From assembly GCF_009914755.1 (NCBI RefSeq), contig NC_060934.1: a stretch of 64,000 nucleotides of DNA; one strand, given 5' to 3'. A program made the translations under genes and the position numbers. The notes beneath the pieces were generated by a model, which was not told where the DNA came from, did not search any database, and worked only from the letters and a program-made list of their open reading frames with translations. The DNA is from the human T2T-CHM13v2.0 reference genome, Homo sapiens. Below are positions 1 to 18,425 of this stretch, one piece after another; the stretch's first letter is position 1, and each line of letters begins with the position of its first letter.

Positions 1-769
1 ATACAGAGAAGTGCTTAAAGTAGCTGATGGAGCTGAAAGCCAAGGCTCGAGAACTACGTGAAGAATGCAGAAGCCTCAGGAGCCAATGTGATCAACTGGA
101 AGAAAGGTTATCAGTGATGGAAGATGAAATGAATGAAATGAAGCAAGAAGGGAAGTTTAGAGAAAAAAGAATAAAAACAAACAAAGCCTCCAAGTAATAT
201 GGGACTATGTGAAAAGACCAAATCTACGTCTGATTGGTGTACCTGAAAGTGAGGGGGAGAATGCAACCAAGTTGGAAAACCCTCTGCAGGATATTGTCCA
301 GGAGAACTTCCCCAATCTAGCAAGGCACGCCAACATTCAGACTCAGGAAATACAGAGAACGCCACAAAGATACTCCTCAAGAAGAGCAACCCCAAGACAC
401 ATCATTGTCAGATTCACCAAAGTTGAAATGAAGGAAAAAATGTTAAGGGCAGACAGAGAGAAAGGTCAGGTTACCCACAAAGGGAAGTCCATCAGACTAA
501 CAGCTGATCTCTTGGCAGAAACTCTACAAGCCAGAAGAGAGTGGGAGCCAATATTCAACATTCTTAAAGAAAAGAATTTTCAACCAAGAATTTCATATCC
601 AGCCAAACTAAGCTTCATAAGTGAAGGAGAAATAAAATTCTTTACAGACAAGCAAATGCTGAGAGATTTTGTCACCACCAGGCCTGCCCTAAAACAGCTC
701 CTGAAGGAAGCACTAAACATGGAAAGGAACAACCAGTTCCAGCCACTGCAAAATCATGGCAAATTGTAA
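1..769 (+). pseudogene. L1 ORF1p remnant (coiled-coil end, RRM, CTD)
   Basis: ORF 209-769 reads KRPNLRLIGVPE...QARREW...YPAKLSF. The upstream part is disrupted. Confidence 0.93.
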
Positions 770-832
770 AGACCATCGAGGCTAGGAAGAAACTGCATCA
801 ACTAACGAGCAAAATAACCAGCTAACATCATA

Positions 833-4651
<3,819 letters not shown>

Positions 4652-5070
4652 ACTATGAGAACACATGGACACAGGAAGGGGAACATCACACTCTGGGGAC
4701 TGTTGTGGGGTGGGGGGAGGGGGGAGGGATGGCATTAGGTGATATACCTAATGCTAAATGACGAGTTGGTGGGTGCAGCACACCAGCATGGCACATGTAT
4801 ACATATGTAACTAACGTGCACATTGTGCACATATACCCTAAAACTTAAAGTATAATAATAATACAATAAAAAATTATAATAAAAAAATAAATAAATAAAA
4901 ATAAAAATAATTATCTGTGAGAAGAATAAAGGATGAGGGTAAAAATGGGAGACTTGTATTGAGTATCTTTTAATATTATTTTGATTTTTAGAGTACATAA
5001 ATATATTACCTATTAAAATAGCTTTTAAAATAAATTGCAATGGTTTCTGCAAAGATCATTTCTGTACCCT

Positions 5071-5629
5071 TGTGGTAGACAGCCTCCAAGACAGGCCCTA
5101 ATGATCCCCACCCCTTCGTATTCATAGCCCTGTGTAGTACCCCCCACATCATACTAGGAAGGTCTGTGTGACAAATAACACATGGTGTGTCACTTCCAAG
5201 ACTGTATGATAAAGACAATGGCTTCCATCTTATTTATTCTCTTACTTTCTCTTTTTCTCTCTCCCCCTGCTGTCTCTATACACTAGCTCTGGATAAAGCC
5301 AGCTGTCATATCATGAGGACATTCAGGAAGCCTATAGAAAGCCTATGTGGTAAGGAACTAAAGCCATTGACCAACAGCTAGATAGGAACTGAGGACTGTT
5401 AAAAACCATGGGAATGATTTTCTAAATGTATCCTCCCCAAATTGAGCCTTCGGATTAGACTGCTGCCTCAGCCAATATTTTGAATGAAATCTCATGAGAG
5501 ACCTTAATCAGATCCACCCAGCTTAGCAGCTTCCAATTTTTTCCCCATAGAAACTGAGATGATGAATGTTTGTAGTTTAAGCCACTCAGTTTTGGAGTAG
5601 TCTGTTACACAGAAATAGATATCTAATAA
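5071..5629 (+). mobile_element. MaLR solo LTR (MLT1E/F-like)
   Basis: Starts tgtggtagacagcctccaag; contains gccagctgtcat...aaggaact; ends tttggagtagtctgttacacagaaatagat. Confidence 0.75.
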
Positions 5630-7805
5630 AACAATCATCTTTGACTTTTTAAGAGAAAAAGAAAAACATGGGATAGGGTTGAGGACCAAAATCCCAGAGA
5701 GGGAGCAGCTAGAGGTACAGGGAAGATGCTGATGGGCCAAATAGTTTAAGAACAAGAAGGCAGATCAATTTGAAAGGCAAAGGGTAGTGACAGGTAATGA
5801 GCTCAAGAATGATTGACATGAGTCCATAAGTGCCCAGATGGAAAATGTATTAAGGGACAGTATCTAAAGCAGCAGAGGCAGAGAGCAAGAGGACAGCAAG
5901 GAGGCAGGAAAGAGCTCTGCTGGACTGGGATTTAAAAGACCAGCATTTCTTAAGGCAAATGGGACACTGAACAAGCCTCTCGGTCACTCTGGGGCTTTAG
6001 TTTTCTTATCTAAAAAGGAAAGAGATAGGATGACTATAAATTCTACCATTAGAATATTCTCTTTGCACAATGCTAGAGGTGGTAGCACTGCCTTAGGTGA
6101 ATTATAGTTTATACTATTTCAGTGGTTTTGAGGGACAAGCTATTGGTAGCGCACCTTCTCAGTCTGGAAAGCAACCCATTTTATGCATATGCATTATCAT
6201 TTATTCAGTAATTGTTTACTGAGTATTTCCTCTGTTCTAGGCATAACATACTAAGCTTTAGAGGGGAGAAGGGATTAGAAAGGTCAATAAGGCACAATAC
6301 CATTCCTCAAGGGACCCACTAATTCTGCCTGGCCTAACATTATCACAATGCCTGCCTATTAGCTTAAGTAACAAGTATCCTCCTTCATTCATCCATGTTT
6401 GAAATCCTTAGTTAGCTTCCAGTTTCTCCATCCTTGACCTTTTTAAGTTTTTACATCTATTCTTGTATCTTCTCCACACTGCTAACTTTGGAAAGAAAGG
6501 GTACTTGAAAGCCAAGGACCTTACTGAGCACTATTCATTTTAATAACCGGGGAAACCATTATGCCTCTTTTTATGAGTACTACATATCTATTAACGGAGC
6601 CTAAGATTGCCTTAGATTGTTTTGCTGTCACGCCACAATGGTTGCTCAATCAACTGCAAATTCACTTAGGTGCAAATTCATCATTTTAGCTACAAGATGT
6701 ATGACATGTAAGCCTTTGCAAATTGCTTTGCTGAAATCAATATACCTTTTGTGTATGGAATTCCCCAATACATCAAGCCACTATCCCCACCCAAAAAAAG
6801 AAGTGAATTTACTTTGGCTGGATTTCTTCTTAGTGAACCTAAGTCGGCTCTTACTGATTAACATGTTTTCTTCTAAATGGTCACAATGTACAAGTTTTAT
6901 AATTCCCCAAGTTGTTTTTACAGATACTGAAATATAAAAGCACTCTATTATTAGGTTAATATTTCCAGAATTCACTCCTTTTCTTTAAAAAATGACCTTT
7001 GGCTCACATTTGATCTGCTGATAGCTTTCTCTACTTATCATATTTGTAGATGATACAGAAAGATTCTCTCATTGCTTTCTTTACCCTCTTAACCCAACCA
7101 ATAAAGAGGAAATGCAGTATAAATTATGATCCATCAACATAATGAAATAATATATTACCATTAGGTTATCATTTTAATTGCTACCTAGAAAGACAGAAAA
7201 TACTTGCTATATAATATTAAAAGCAGAATAGAAAGTGAGAGGTAGACACAATTATAACTCTGTAAATGTTTTTGGGATGCGAAGAGGCTTAGAAGACAGT
7301 ATGCAAAAGTGCATTAAGTAAATGGAATTCTGGGTAATTACTTTCTTTTCAAAGTTTTTCTTTAATTTTCTATCTACTGCTTTCCTTATCAAAACTCCTT
7401 TAGAGGAAATGAAATGGTACCTAAAAAGAGAAACAATTAGATAATTCTGATGTCTTGTTTAGCATTTACTGTTCACATTGCAATATTTCATTGTTCCCAT
7501 TCCTCAAAATTAGCTGGGATGAAGACAGAGCACAGATTATATAGTTGATCCTTGAACCACACAAGTTTGAACTGTGCGGGTCAACTTATATGCAGATTTT
7601 TTCAATAAGATATATCAGAAATTTTTTTCAAGATTTGTGACAATTTGAAAAAACAGACAAACTGTGTAGCCTAGAAATATCAAAAAAATAAGGAAAAGGT
7701 TGTGATGAGCACATAAAATATGTATAACTATAGTCTACTTTATCATTTTCTACCATAAAATATTACACAAATCTATTATAGAAGGTTAAAATTTGTCAAA
7801 ATTTA

Positions 7806-8113
<308 letters not shown>

Positions 8114-8130
8114 CAGAAAAGAAATAAAAC

Positions 8131-8270
8131 CCATTGTGACAAATGCAACATATTAATGTAAAATGAGAACAGCAGAGGAAACAGAGTGTTGGGTATATGG
8201 GAACTTACTATCTTCACAGCAGTTCTGGGAACTAAAACTATCCTAAAATTAAAAGTTAATTTAAAAATTG
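8131..8270 (+). mobile_element. L1MC/MD-type 3' end fragment
   Basis: attgtgacaaatgcaacatattaatg...gggtatatgggaact...aaaactatcctaaaatt resembles the 3' end of old L1M elements. Confidence 0.6.
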
Positions 8271-8615
8271 AATGTTGTGAAGACATTGTTAAAAAAAGTA
8301 TGCACACAAACACTTATAAACTATAAATGGCACCATTTACAGTTAAAAGAAATGTAAACAAATGTAAAGAGGCAGTATTAAGCCATAACTACATAAAATT
8401 AACTAGTATCTATTGTACTATGGTAATAATTCTGTAGCTACCTCCTGTGGCTATTGTGGTGAGCTCAAGAGTTGTATTCCGTTAAAACACCATGTGAGGC
8501 TAATCATCTTCACGTGAGCAATTTGTCTCTCCAGTAAATTGCATATCACAGTAAAAAGTGAGCACTTGGAGTTCTCACTTATTTTTTATCATGTTAAAGT
8601 GCAATACCAGAAACC

Positions 8616-10460
8616 ATGGGGCCCATAAGGAGTGCCACTAGTGATGCTGTAACTGCTTCCAAGCAGAAGAGGAAAGTCATAACCTTACAAGAAAAGGTTG
8701 AATTGCTTGACACATACCACCGATTGAGGTTTGCAGCTGTGATGTGATGCCCACCATTTCAAGATAAATGAACCAAGAATAAGGACCATGGTGAAAAAAG
8801 AAAAGGAAAATCATAAAGCCATCACTGCAGCTATTCCAGAAAGTGTGAAAACCTTGCAAAATTTTTGCAAAATACCTTCTTATCTCATATTGAAAATGCA
8901 GCTTTTATGTAGGTACAGGACTGCTATAAGAAAGGCATACCTATAGACTATAATATGGTTAGAGAAAAAGCAAGGACATATATGACAACTTAAAGCAAAA
9001 GGAAGGTGAAGTATCTAAAGCTGGAGAATTTAATGCCAGCAAAGGATGGTTTGATAATTTCAGAAGGAGATGTGGCTTTTAAAAAGTCAAGATAACAAGA
9101 GAAGTAGCTCCTGCTGACAAGAGGCAGCGGATAAATTCCCAGGCACCATTAAGAAAATTTTAAGGAGAGAGGATATCTGCCTGAACAGATTTTTGGTGCA
9201 GACAAGTGCCATATTCTAGAATAAAATGCCACACAAAGGACATTTATTAGTAAGAAAGAGAAGCAAGTACCAAGATTTAAGGTAGGAAGAGACAGGCTAA
9301 CTTTATTGTTTGGTGTAAATACAGTAGGGTTTATGAACAGGACTGCCCCTATCTATGAAGCTGCTAACCCCAAGCCTTAAAGGAAAAAGATAAATACAAG
9401 CTACCCACCTTTTAGTTGTACAATAAGAAGGCCTGAACAAGAAAAGCCCTTTTTCTGGATTGGTTCCATTGATGCTTTGTCCCTGAAGTCAGGAAGCACC
9501 TTTCCAGTAAGGGATGGCTTTTAAAGTTCTTTTGATATTAAACAACGTTCCTGGCCACCCAGAACCCCATGGATTCAACACTGAAGTCATCAAAGTGGCC
9601 TACGTGTCCCCAAACACAACATTTCTAATTCACTCCCTAGATCAAGGGGTCATAAGGACCATTAAGGGTCATTACACGTAATACTACAGGAAAGGATTTC
9701 AACACTATGGAAAAGAGCCCTAATAGAGAGAACATCATGAAAGTCTGGAAGGATTACAACATTGAAGATGCCATCATTGTTTAAAAATAAAAAGCTGTGA
9801 AAGCCATAGTCCAAAACAATAAATTCCTGCTGGAGAAGACTGTGCCCAGATTTTGTGCATGACTTCACAGGATTTATAACAGAGCCAGTCAAGGAAATCA
9901 TGAAAGATATTATAGATATGGCAAAAAAGGTGAGGGGGTAAAGGGTTTCAAGGTATGGATCTTAGAGAAAATTCAAATGCTAATGGACACCACACAAGAG
10001 GAATTAACAGAATATGACTTGGTGGAGATGAGTGCTTCCAAACCAATGCCAGATGATGAGAAAGACGAAGGGGAAGAAGCAATGCCAGAAAACGAATTGA
10101 CATTAGACAATCTGGCAGAAGGGTTCTGATTATTCAAGACTGCTTTTGACTTCCTTTACAACATGGATCCTTCTATATGATATGGGCACTGAAACTAAAG
10201 CAAATGGTAGAAGAAGGATTGGTACTGTATAAAAACATTTTTAGAGTAAAGAAAAAGCAGAAAAGTCAACCAGAAATTATGATGGTATTTCTATAAAGTT
10301 ACAAGACGTGTGCCTGCCTTTCCTGCCACACCTTCTACCTCATCTACTTCTTCACCCTCTGCCACCCTGAGACAGCAAGACCACCCCCTCCTCTTCCACA
10401 TCCTCCTCAGCCTTCTCAACATGAAGGCTTTTGTGATGACCCACTTCTACTTAATGAATA
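8616..10460 (+). pseudogene. Tigger2 transposase remnant (CENP-B-type HTH plus DDE region), many stops
   Basis: From ATG 8616: MGPIRSATSD...KQKRKVITLQEKVELLD; later FNASKGWFDNF and PNTTFLIHSLDQGVIRT motifs. The end coordinate is approximate. Confidence 0.75.
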
Positions 10461-10850
10461 GTAAATATGTTTTCTCTTTCTTATGATTTTCTTAATAACC
10501 TTTTCTCTCTAGCTTACTTTATTATAAGAATATACAATATAATAAATACAACATATAAAATATGTGTTAACTGGCTGTTTATGTTATCAATAAGGCTTCT
10601 GGTTAACAGTAGGCTATTAATAGATAAGTTTTGGGGAAGTCAAAAGTTATGTGCAAATTTTTTGCTGCACGGGGAGTTGGTGCCCCCTCAACTCCCGTGT
10701 TTTCAGGGGTCAACTGTAGTCTGTATTTTAGACACACAGATAAGACTATTCCTTTCACCCACATACAAAAACAACAATAAAATAACCAAGTGTTTTAAAA
10801 GAATTTTTGTTTCTAACAATAATCCTTTAAAAAAAAAGTGTAATCCTCCA

Positions 10851-10900
10851 ACACGCACACGCACACGCATGCGTGCACACACACACACACACACACACAC
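10851..10900. repeat. (CA)n-rich microsatellite
   Basis: Visible CA run. Confidence 0.95.
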
Positions 10901-10929
10901 AAATTCTAACCAGGTAGTTTACTTGAGGA

Positions 10930-11333
10930 TTGTTAATATAGACCCTTACCCCTCCCCACAATGGATGTAACCCAAGGTGGGCCAATCAGTATTTCTATGG
11001 CATTTCTCACACCAGAGCTGGGGAAAAAATTCAGTCTTTCTCTGGTGGCAAAGTTGTGTCAGAGATGTAAAAAATAGGAGCTGCTAGTAACCAAGCTTCC
11101 AGCCATATGAAAAAAGCCAGTCTGACAAGATGAAGCTGACCAGAGAGCAGCAGAGTTTACAGATGGAATCAGGCAATTCTTACAACATTTTAGTTCCTGA
11201 TGTCAGTAATTCCTGAGCCTCAATTGCACCCCTTTCTGAAGTTACCTGAATCAATAAATTTATATGGTTATTGTTTGTCTAAGTTGGACAGACCTGGGTT
11301 TCTATCATTTGAAATAAAAAGTCATGCCTAATA
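10930..11333 (+). mobile_element. Old MaLR LTR (MLT1J/K/L-like)
   Basis: gggccaatcag...gagctgct...caataaat...gggtttctatcatttgaa...cctaata. Confidence 0.55.
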
Positions 11334-11684
11334 TAGAAGATATTATTATTCCTGTTTTTTACACATAGGAAACCTAAAGTTCAAAAAAATTAAGTAAGAT
11401 TATGAAGTCAGTTAGCGTTGGCCTGGAAGCACATGTGTTTTTTATAAAGACAAGTTGCATCCCACTGAAGAAAAAAGCAGCTAAAGGAAAGATATATAAA
11501 AAGAGGAAAACAGAACAGGAAGGCAGAAGTATGGCAAATGAACAAAAATGATAACAGCATTTATGTCAAGTTGAAACTTTAAAAATATCAAGTTTTCTTT
11601 ATTAAGTTAGGAAACAAAACTCTTGAGAATCTTCAGGAACAGCTGATTCCATCCTAGTGTTTTTATTTTTTCTTTATATGGTAT

Positions 11685-12010
11685 CCAGGTGCAGTTTAAC
11701 TGGTTCTTCTTCTTTTAGTCTCTCACGTTGAGCTTCTCCATAGAGCATGATACAGCGTGGTAGCTTGCTTCATCAGAACAAGCAAGCAAGAAGGCAAAGA
11801 AGAGTGCCAGCAAGAAAGAGAAAGTCCTAGTAAGGTTAAAGTCCTAGTCTTTTGTAGCCTATATGAAGTGATAACCCGTATGTTTTGCCACATTCTGTTC
11901 TTAAGAAGCAAGTCACTAGATCCAGCCCACCCACACACAAGGATTACCCAAAGGCATAAATACCCAGGAGTAGGGATTAGTGGCAGTCATATTACAACCT
12001 GCCTGACACA
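11685..12010 (-). mobile_element. MaLR LTR fragment (MLT1F/G-like)
   Basis: gtagcttgcttc...ttgccacattctgttc...aagtcactagatccagcccac...cctgacaca. Confidence 0.6.
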
Positions 12011-13427
12011 CTAGTGGTACTTGAAATATTAATAATAATGTATTTCACAATCCAAGTGTTAGAGTCATTGAAATACATTAGAAGGTACCCAGTAAATGTT
12101 TGTTGAATGATTAAAATGAATGGAAAAAATGATGCTATCCTTTTTGAAAAAATCAATTATAGTTTTCCTGCTATGTTCTCAATATTTCCTAATGTCTCTG
12201 ACCATCTCTGTGGCTGCACCAACTTCTTTCATGCTGATTTTCTTAAAGTCAGGAACACAGAAACAATATAATTAATCTGGCATTTAATTTTGGTATTATG
12301 GTGATGGCGGAACACACCAGCACCTTTTACTTCAGTGCAATATTGACATATGTTCACTCAATAAACAAATCAGCATTCCCATCTCAAATAACTCATTCAA
12401 GAGGATAGGCAACTCAAATGTTAAACTATGAGTTGACAACATGCTACCTTTTCCAAAAACCATATAATGCCATTGTGATGCTTAGTTTCTTGAGAAGTAG
12501 CAAGACTCATCCACCCCATCTTTACTTGTTCTAACTATTGGTACCACTGTTTACACATGTACTGACCTCTGTCTGGCTTTCTGTGCCACTTTATGTCAGA
12601 GACTGTAATAAAAGAAAGTTCACGAGATGACAATCCAAGATAGGCCTGTAAGTACAAGTGACAAAAAAAAGTGGTGGTCAGCCCCTTTCTCATACTACTA
12701 GTTTAACTAGACAAGGTAGAGGGGCACAAGATGAGGAAGAAGATGAAAGAGCCATTTTAATAGCATGAGGAGATAATCACTGGCCCCTTTTCTTTTTTAA
12801 ACCAAAAAGCACACTGTCAACTCTGGATGACAACAGTAAGACTAAAGAAATGCCGCAGACTTGTCTCCAACTAATAATAGAAGCAAAAGTATTTTTATCT
12901 TAGTTGGTACCATTAAGATGCCCTGATCATTCTTACAGAGCTGTTTTATTTTGTTTTTACAAGAAAATATACTGTCTTCATGAAGAAATGACAGTCAGCA
13001 TGTGTGATACGTGGAGCCTCTGCACTAGATGTTCTTCCAAGGAAGTGTCCCTCCTTTGCATGCAAGAAAAGGGTCTGCTTTGGAGAAGCACCAGGGAAGT
13101 GACAAAAAAATAATACATGAGGTATAATATTTGGCCACATTGTGCACAGGGCCAGGAAGAAGGATGCAAAAAAGCCTAGTGTAGTTGACTTCAAAAAGAT
13201 TTAGGAAGGCAGATAAACTACGTGTGCAGGAAAATGTGACAGTGGCTTTACTGGAAAATGGGAATTCTGAAGATGTTTAAAAGACTTGGTGTCTATGAGG
13301 ATCTCTTAATCTCATAGGAATCCTGCATGCCATTTTTCATACTCATAAGCTCCCCAAAGGCAGAAACAGACCATTATCTCCCTTCATATTTCCAAGGATA
13401 GTGCCCTTTACAGGAGATGCTTACTAA

Positions 13428-13657
13428 ATAATAATAAAGCTAACATTTATTCACTGCTCAGCCAGATTCTCTACTACAAGCTTAACAGATTATCCAACTA
13501 AATTCCCCCAGCCCTTTGAATAGGTATTACCATAAACCCCATCTTATAGATGAGGAAATGAAAGTTTAGGAGGTAATGTGACTTGCCTAAGTTCTTACAA
13601 CTATATTGTGGAGCCAAGATTCAAGCCCAGGTAGCTGATTCCAAAGCCTTAACCACT
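13428..13657 (-). mobile_element. MIR
   Basis: MIR core ccccatcttatagatgaggaaatga...gtgacttgcctaag. Confidence 0.75.
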
Positions 13658-13935
13658 TTTAACCCTATACCAAATGATGGCAGATTTGAATTGCTGTTCT
13701 TAGGTATACAAGTGGATCATGAGTGACCCCTTTCTGATTCTATTTCATAGGATTTTGTTTTTCACTTGTCATGGTCAGAAAAGAATAATCTACTGCCAGA
13801 GGTAAACTCCTTTTCACAAGTGAGGTGCTAAGCAGGTCACCTGTTTTTCCCGTGGCTCTGCCACTCCAGTGTGTGTAAAGAGGGTGTCAAGAAAATGTAA
13901 GACCATTGAGGAAGGATTCCCCGCTCAAAAGAATT

Positions 13936-13939
<4 letters not shown>

Positions 13940-13980
<41 letters not shown>
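13940..13980. repeat. (TG)n microsatellite
   Basis: About 20 perfect TG units. Confidence 0.97.
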
Positions 13981-13981
<1 letters not shown>

Positions 13982-14215
13982 AGGGTGGGTATAGTAGGGC
14001 AAAATGGGCAAGGGTTTGGAAGGTGGAAAGGAGTGGAAGGTGGGCTGCAAAAATGTCATTTTAAAACGGTAAATCCTTTCTTCCCCAAGTAAGACTTATC
14101 AGTCATTCACAACTCAATGTGAATTACTTTGATCAGTTTGCTTTTCTCTTAGAAACTAAAAGAATTCCTGTTGCTCTGGCCAAAGAAAATGACCAGCCAC
14201 TGAGGACAAAAACAT

Positions 14216-14604
14216 TGTATTAGTCTAGTCAGCTTGGGCTGCCATAACAAAATACCATATAATAAGTGGTTTAAACAACAGAAATTATTTTCTCACAATT
14301 CTGGAGGCTGGAAGTCCAAGACCAGGGTGCTAGTATGGTAGGGTTCTGGTGAGGGCTCTTTTCCTGATTTGCAGATGGCTACCTTCTTGCTGTGTCCTCA
14401 CATGGCCTTCCCTTGGTGCATGTGCATGATCTCTCTTCTTCTTATAAGGCCACCAATCCTATTGGAATAGGACCCTACCCTGATAACCTAATTGAACCTT
14501 AATTACCTCCTAAAATCTCTGTCTCCAAATATAGTCCACATTGGGAGTTAGGGCTTCAATATACGAAATTAGGGAAGGTGGGGGAAGCAATTCAGTCCAA
14601 AGCA
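14216..14604 (-). mobile_element. MLT1A-type solo LTR
   Basis: gggctgccataacaaaatacc...ctggaggctggaagtccaaga...aattcagtccaaagca. Confidence 0.85.
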
Positions 14605-15344
14605 GTAGTGGTAGTAAGCTCTGACAAAGAATGATGACTGTGACACCCAACACACACTTTCTCTCCCCCACGACTTCTGCCAGGGCCTGGAATGAGTCCT
14701 TGAGACTGTTGCATAGTTGAAAAAAGATGCTGAAGGCTCCTGGTGGACAAGGGGAATATGTCTTAAACAAGAGAGCTGGGCTTCCTTCTGGTAGCAGGGT
14801 AAACCTGGCAACTCTAAGATGTTCCATAAAAGGCTCCAGCTGTAAGATTTCCGTGAGAGCTGTAAGTCATTTGGTGTTCTCCTCGGTGCAGGGGTCTTGG
14901 GATAGGATTCTTCCCACATGACTAGAACCTTGCTGACTTGGCCTTATCCCACACTGCACATGTCTAATCCAGTTCTGCCACTGTGACTACGACCCTTTGG
15001 CCTTATCAATGCCAGCTTACCTCACCATGTTTCTATCTAATACAGCAAGGACCTGGGCAGACTCAGCCATCTCACCACATCAAACTCTGCTCACGCTGCC
15101 TAGGTCTGGTCCCTTCTACCCCCGATCTAGGTCTGTGTTCTGTAGTATCCTGTATTATCTATCTAGCCCTGCTTGAGGGCTGTGGGCTCACTAGGTTCAG
15201 AGTACACGCTCCACATTGACGGAGTGGAAGGAGGAACTGTTTTGGAGCTTGAGGATTTGGGGAAGATGGTTAAGACATATTTGTATGCTACGTGGCAACT
15301 AGAGAGTGAAAAAAACAGGCATCATGGGGATGGTATAATATGGC

Positions 15345-15603
15345 CATATAGCAGGGAAACTGGTTAAAAACACAGGCTTTAGAGCTCAATAAACCTAGGT
15401 CTTCACCTCGGCTCTGCCTTTTGGTGACTACGCAACATTGAATACTCTATTCAACTCCTCTAAGCCTCAGCTTCTTCATCTTTAAACTGGAAATAACACC
15501 TCCAAATTCATGTTTTTGCCAGGATTGAAAAGGTACCATAATCAAAATGCTGATTATACTACCAAATCTATAATAAGCATTCAATAAATAGTAGTTATTA
15601 CTA
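15345..15603 (+). mobile_element. MIR
   Basis: ggttaaaaacacaggctttagag...ctaagcctcagcttcttcatctttaaa. Confidence 0.7.
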
Positions 15604-15644
15604 TTGAGAAGAAATATGAACTGGGAAGAAAAGAGCACTAAGTT

Positions 15645-15950
15645 GGCCGGATGCGGTGGCTCACGCCTGTAATCCCAGCACTTTGGGAGGCCGAGGCAGG
15701 TGGATCACAAGGTCAGGAGTTCGAGACCAGCCTGGCCAATATGGTAAAACCCCATTTCTACTTAAAAAATATACAAAAATTAGCTGGGTGTGGTGGCGTA
15801 TGCCTGTAGTCCCAGCTACTCAGGAGGCTGAGGCAGGAGATCACTTGAACCCGGGAGGCAGAGGTTGCAGTGAGCAGAGATCGCACCACTGTACTCCAGC
15901 CTAGGCGAGAGAGTGAGACTCCATCTCAAAAAAAAGAAACAAAGGAAAAA
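15645..15950 (+). mobile_element. AluS (Sg-like) with 16-bp TSD
   Basis: Full dimer. TSD aaaagagcactaagtt at 15629-15644 and 15951-15966. Confidence 0.95.
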
Positions 15951-16579
15951 AAAAGAGCACTAAGTTTGGGGAAGGCTGTAAGCAGGAAAGTGAGGGGAAG
16001 TCCTAAAAATCCTCATTCCCTTTTCCATTCTATTGGGAGCCCTAGGACACTGAACGTGTCACTAAAAATCTTCCTGATTAAATTAACACTTGTGAGAGTT
16101 AACACATTAAGAATATTTAAGTTAATGAATGTTCCTTAGTTTTCCATTACTTTCAAAGTACTCTAAATCAGCATTTCTTATATCACCAGTGGTTGCCTCT
16201 GAATCATTTTTAATGTGTTTTTCTTTGTGGGGTCAAAAGAGATGGCAAGTTGAACACCTTTCGGCATCACGTAGCCACTGGGATCCTGAAAGCACTAACC
16301 TTACCCCATTGATCACTTTAGGAAGAAATAAATTGAATGAAAAAATTCCATTTGATTTGAGGCAACAGTCATAAACATAAGGTCAGTACAATATAAACTC
16401 CGCATTTTCCACCTTGTTTCGTTTCATTATATATATAGCTTAGGTTATGTGATAGTGAAACTACCAATAACCCAATTTGATTGGTGTACATGCTTAGAGA
16501 TGACAGTGGATGTCTCCCAAAAAAACACTTAGAAGTGAAAGTTGAGTATTCAATACTCAGTGGATCTAAGCATCAATTT

Positions 16580-16631
16580 TATATATATATATACATATTT
16601 ATATATATATATACATATTTATTTATATATA
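16580..16631. repeat. (TA)n-rich simple repeat
   Basis: Interrupted TA run. Confidence 0.85.
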
Positions 16632-16786
16632 ACTCTAAGGCTAGAAAGACCTATTTATATATATTACTCTATCCAAAAGAATGGTGATTCACTGGTCAGC
16701 CATGGAACAGAATCATAGAGACAAATGCTGATATAAGTGGAAGGAATTTTAACCTATGGATTTCATTCACTCAGCAATTTGTTATT

Positions 16787-17756
16787 AGACAACCTACAGA
16801 ATAGGAGAAATTTTTTGCAATCTATCCATCTGAGAAAGGTCTAATATCTAGAATCTACAAGAAACTTGAACAAATTTACAAGAGAAAAACAAACAACCAC
16901 ATTAAAAAGTGAGCAAAGGACGTGAACAGATATTTCCCAAAAGTAGCCATTTATGTGGACAAACATATTTTTTTAAAAAGCTCAAAATCAGTGATCATTA
17001 GAGAAATGCAAATCAAAACCACAATGAGATACCATTGCATGCCAGTCAGAATGGTGATTATTAGAAAGTTAAGAAACAACAGATGCTGGTGAGGCTGTGG
17101 AGAAACAGGAATGGTTTTACACTGTTTGTAGGAATATAAATTAGTTCAACCATTGTGGAAGACAGTGGCGATTCTTCAAAGACCTAGAATCAGAAATACC
17201 ATTTGACCCAGCAATCCCATTACTAGGTATATACCCAAAAGAATATAAATCATTCTATTATAAAGATACATGCACATGTATGTTCACTGCAGCACTATTC
17301 ACAATAGCAAAGACATCGAATCAACCCAAATGCCCATCAATCATAGACTGCATAAAGAAAATGTGGTACATATATACCATGGAATACTATGCAGCCATAA
17401 AAAGAAATGAGATTATGTCCTTTGCAGGGACATGGATGGAGCTGGAAGCCATTATCCTCAGCACACTGATGCAGGAACAGAAAACCAAACACTGCATGTT
17501 CTCACTTATAAGTGGGAGCTGAACAACAAGAACACATGGACACAGGGAGGGGAACAACACACACCAGGGCCTCTCAGGAGTGAAGGGGAGGGAGAGCATC
17601 AGGATAAACAGTTGATGAATGTGGGCTTATTACCTAGGCAATGGGTTGATAGGTACAGCAAACCACCATGGCACACGTTTACCCATGTAACAAACTTGAA
17701 CATCCTGCACATGTATCCCAGAACTTAAATTAAATTTTAAAAAAACAAAAACAAAA
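16787..17756 (+). mobile_element. 5'-truncated older L1PA (about PA12-13) inserted into an L2
   Basis: ORF2 C-terminus and 3' UTR (gggttgataggtacagcaaaccaccatgg). TSD agYaatttgttatt at 16773-16786 and 17757-17770. Confidence 0.88.
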
Positions 17757-17984
17757 AGTAATTTGTTATTGAGTACCTATTAGACATTGTTTTCTCTCTG
17801 AAGACAACACAGTAAACAAGGAAGATGAGGACTCTTCCCACAAAGCTTATATTTAAAGCAGGAAGGACAAACAATAAAAAAAAGAAAATAATGAGAATTT
17901 CCAGTCATTAAACAAGCCATGAAGAAGACAAACCAGAGAATAATGGTATGATAGAGCATGGTGTGTTCAGGCAGGAAACATGAT

Positions 17985-18425
17985 ATGTTAAATTGGTTTG
18001 GAATAAGTTTGGCTGCATATACAAACTAACCTAAAATAACAGTGGATTAAGTAAGATAAAACTTATTTCTCTCTCATTTAAAAGAAGCATAGAGGTAGAT
18101 AGCTCGGGGCTATTGTAGAGCCTCACAAATTCATCAGAGACTGAGGCTTTCCAAATCTCTACCATACCTAGTGAATACCCTTTCTCCCATGGTCTAAGAT
18201 GGCTACTAGAGCTCAGCCACCACATTAGGTATTCCAGGGAACACAACAGATAGAGAAGAGGAGAAAGAAGAATACACTTCTTTCCTTTTACAGTTCCTTT
18301 CAAAGTACCACAGTACAATTTGGTTTACATTTCATTAGCCAGAACTTAGTCACAGGGCCACACTCAGCTGCAAGGGACGTTGGAAAATATAGTTGCTCAG
18401 CTGTGTGGCAATGTGCCTAACAAAG
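17985..18425 (-). mobile_element. MLT1J-like LTR within L2 sequence
   Basis: aaaataacagtggattaa...aagatggctactagagct...agccagaacttagtcac...ctgcaaggga. Confidence 0.65.

Noticed and set aside
4700-4730. G-quadruplex-forming G tracts here and near 22505-22530 and 51115-51141
   Set aside because: An ordinary feature of primate L1 3' UTRs.
10467-10970. 167-aa ORF
   Set aside because: Reads through the Tigger2 3' end and a CA repeat; chance open frame.
15656-15904. Alu-derived ORFs here and near 27528, 31404-31825 and 35750
   Set aside because: Standard spurious Alu translations.
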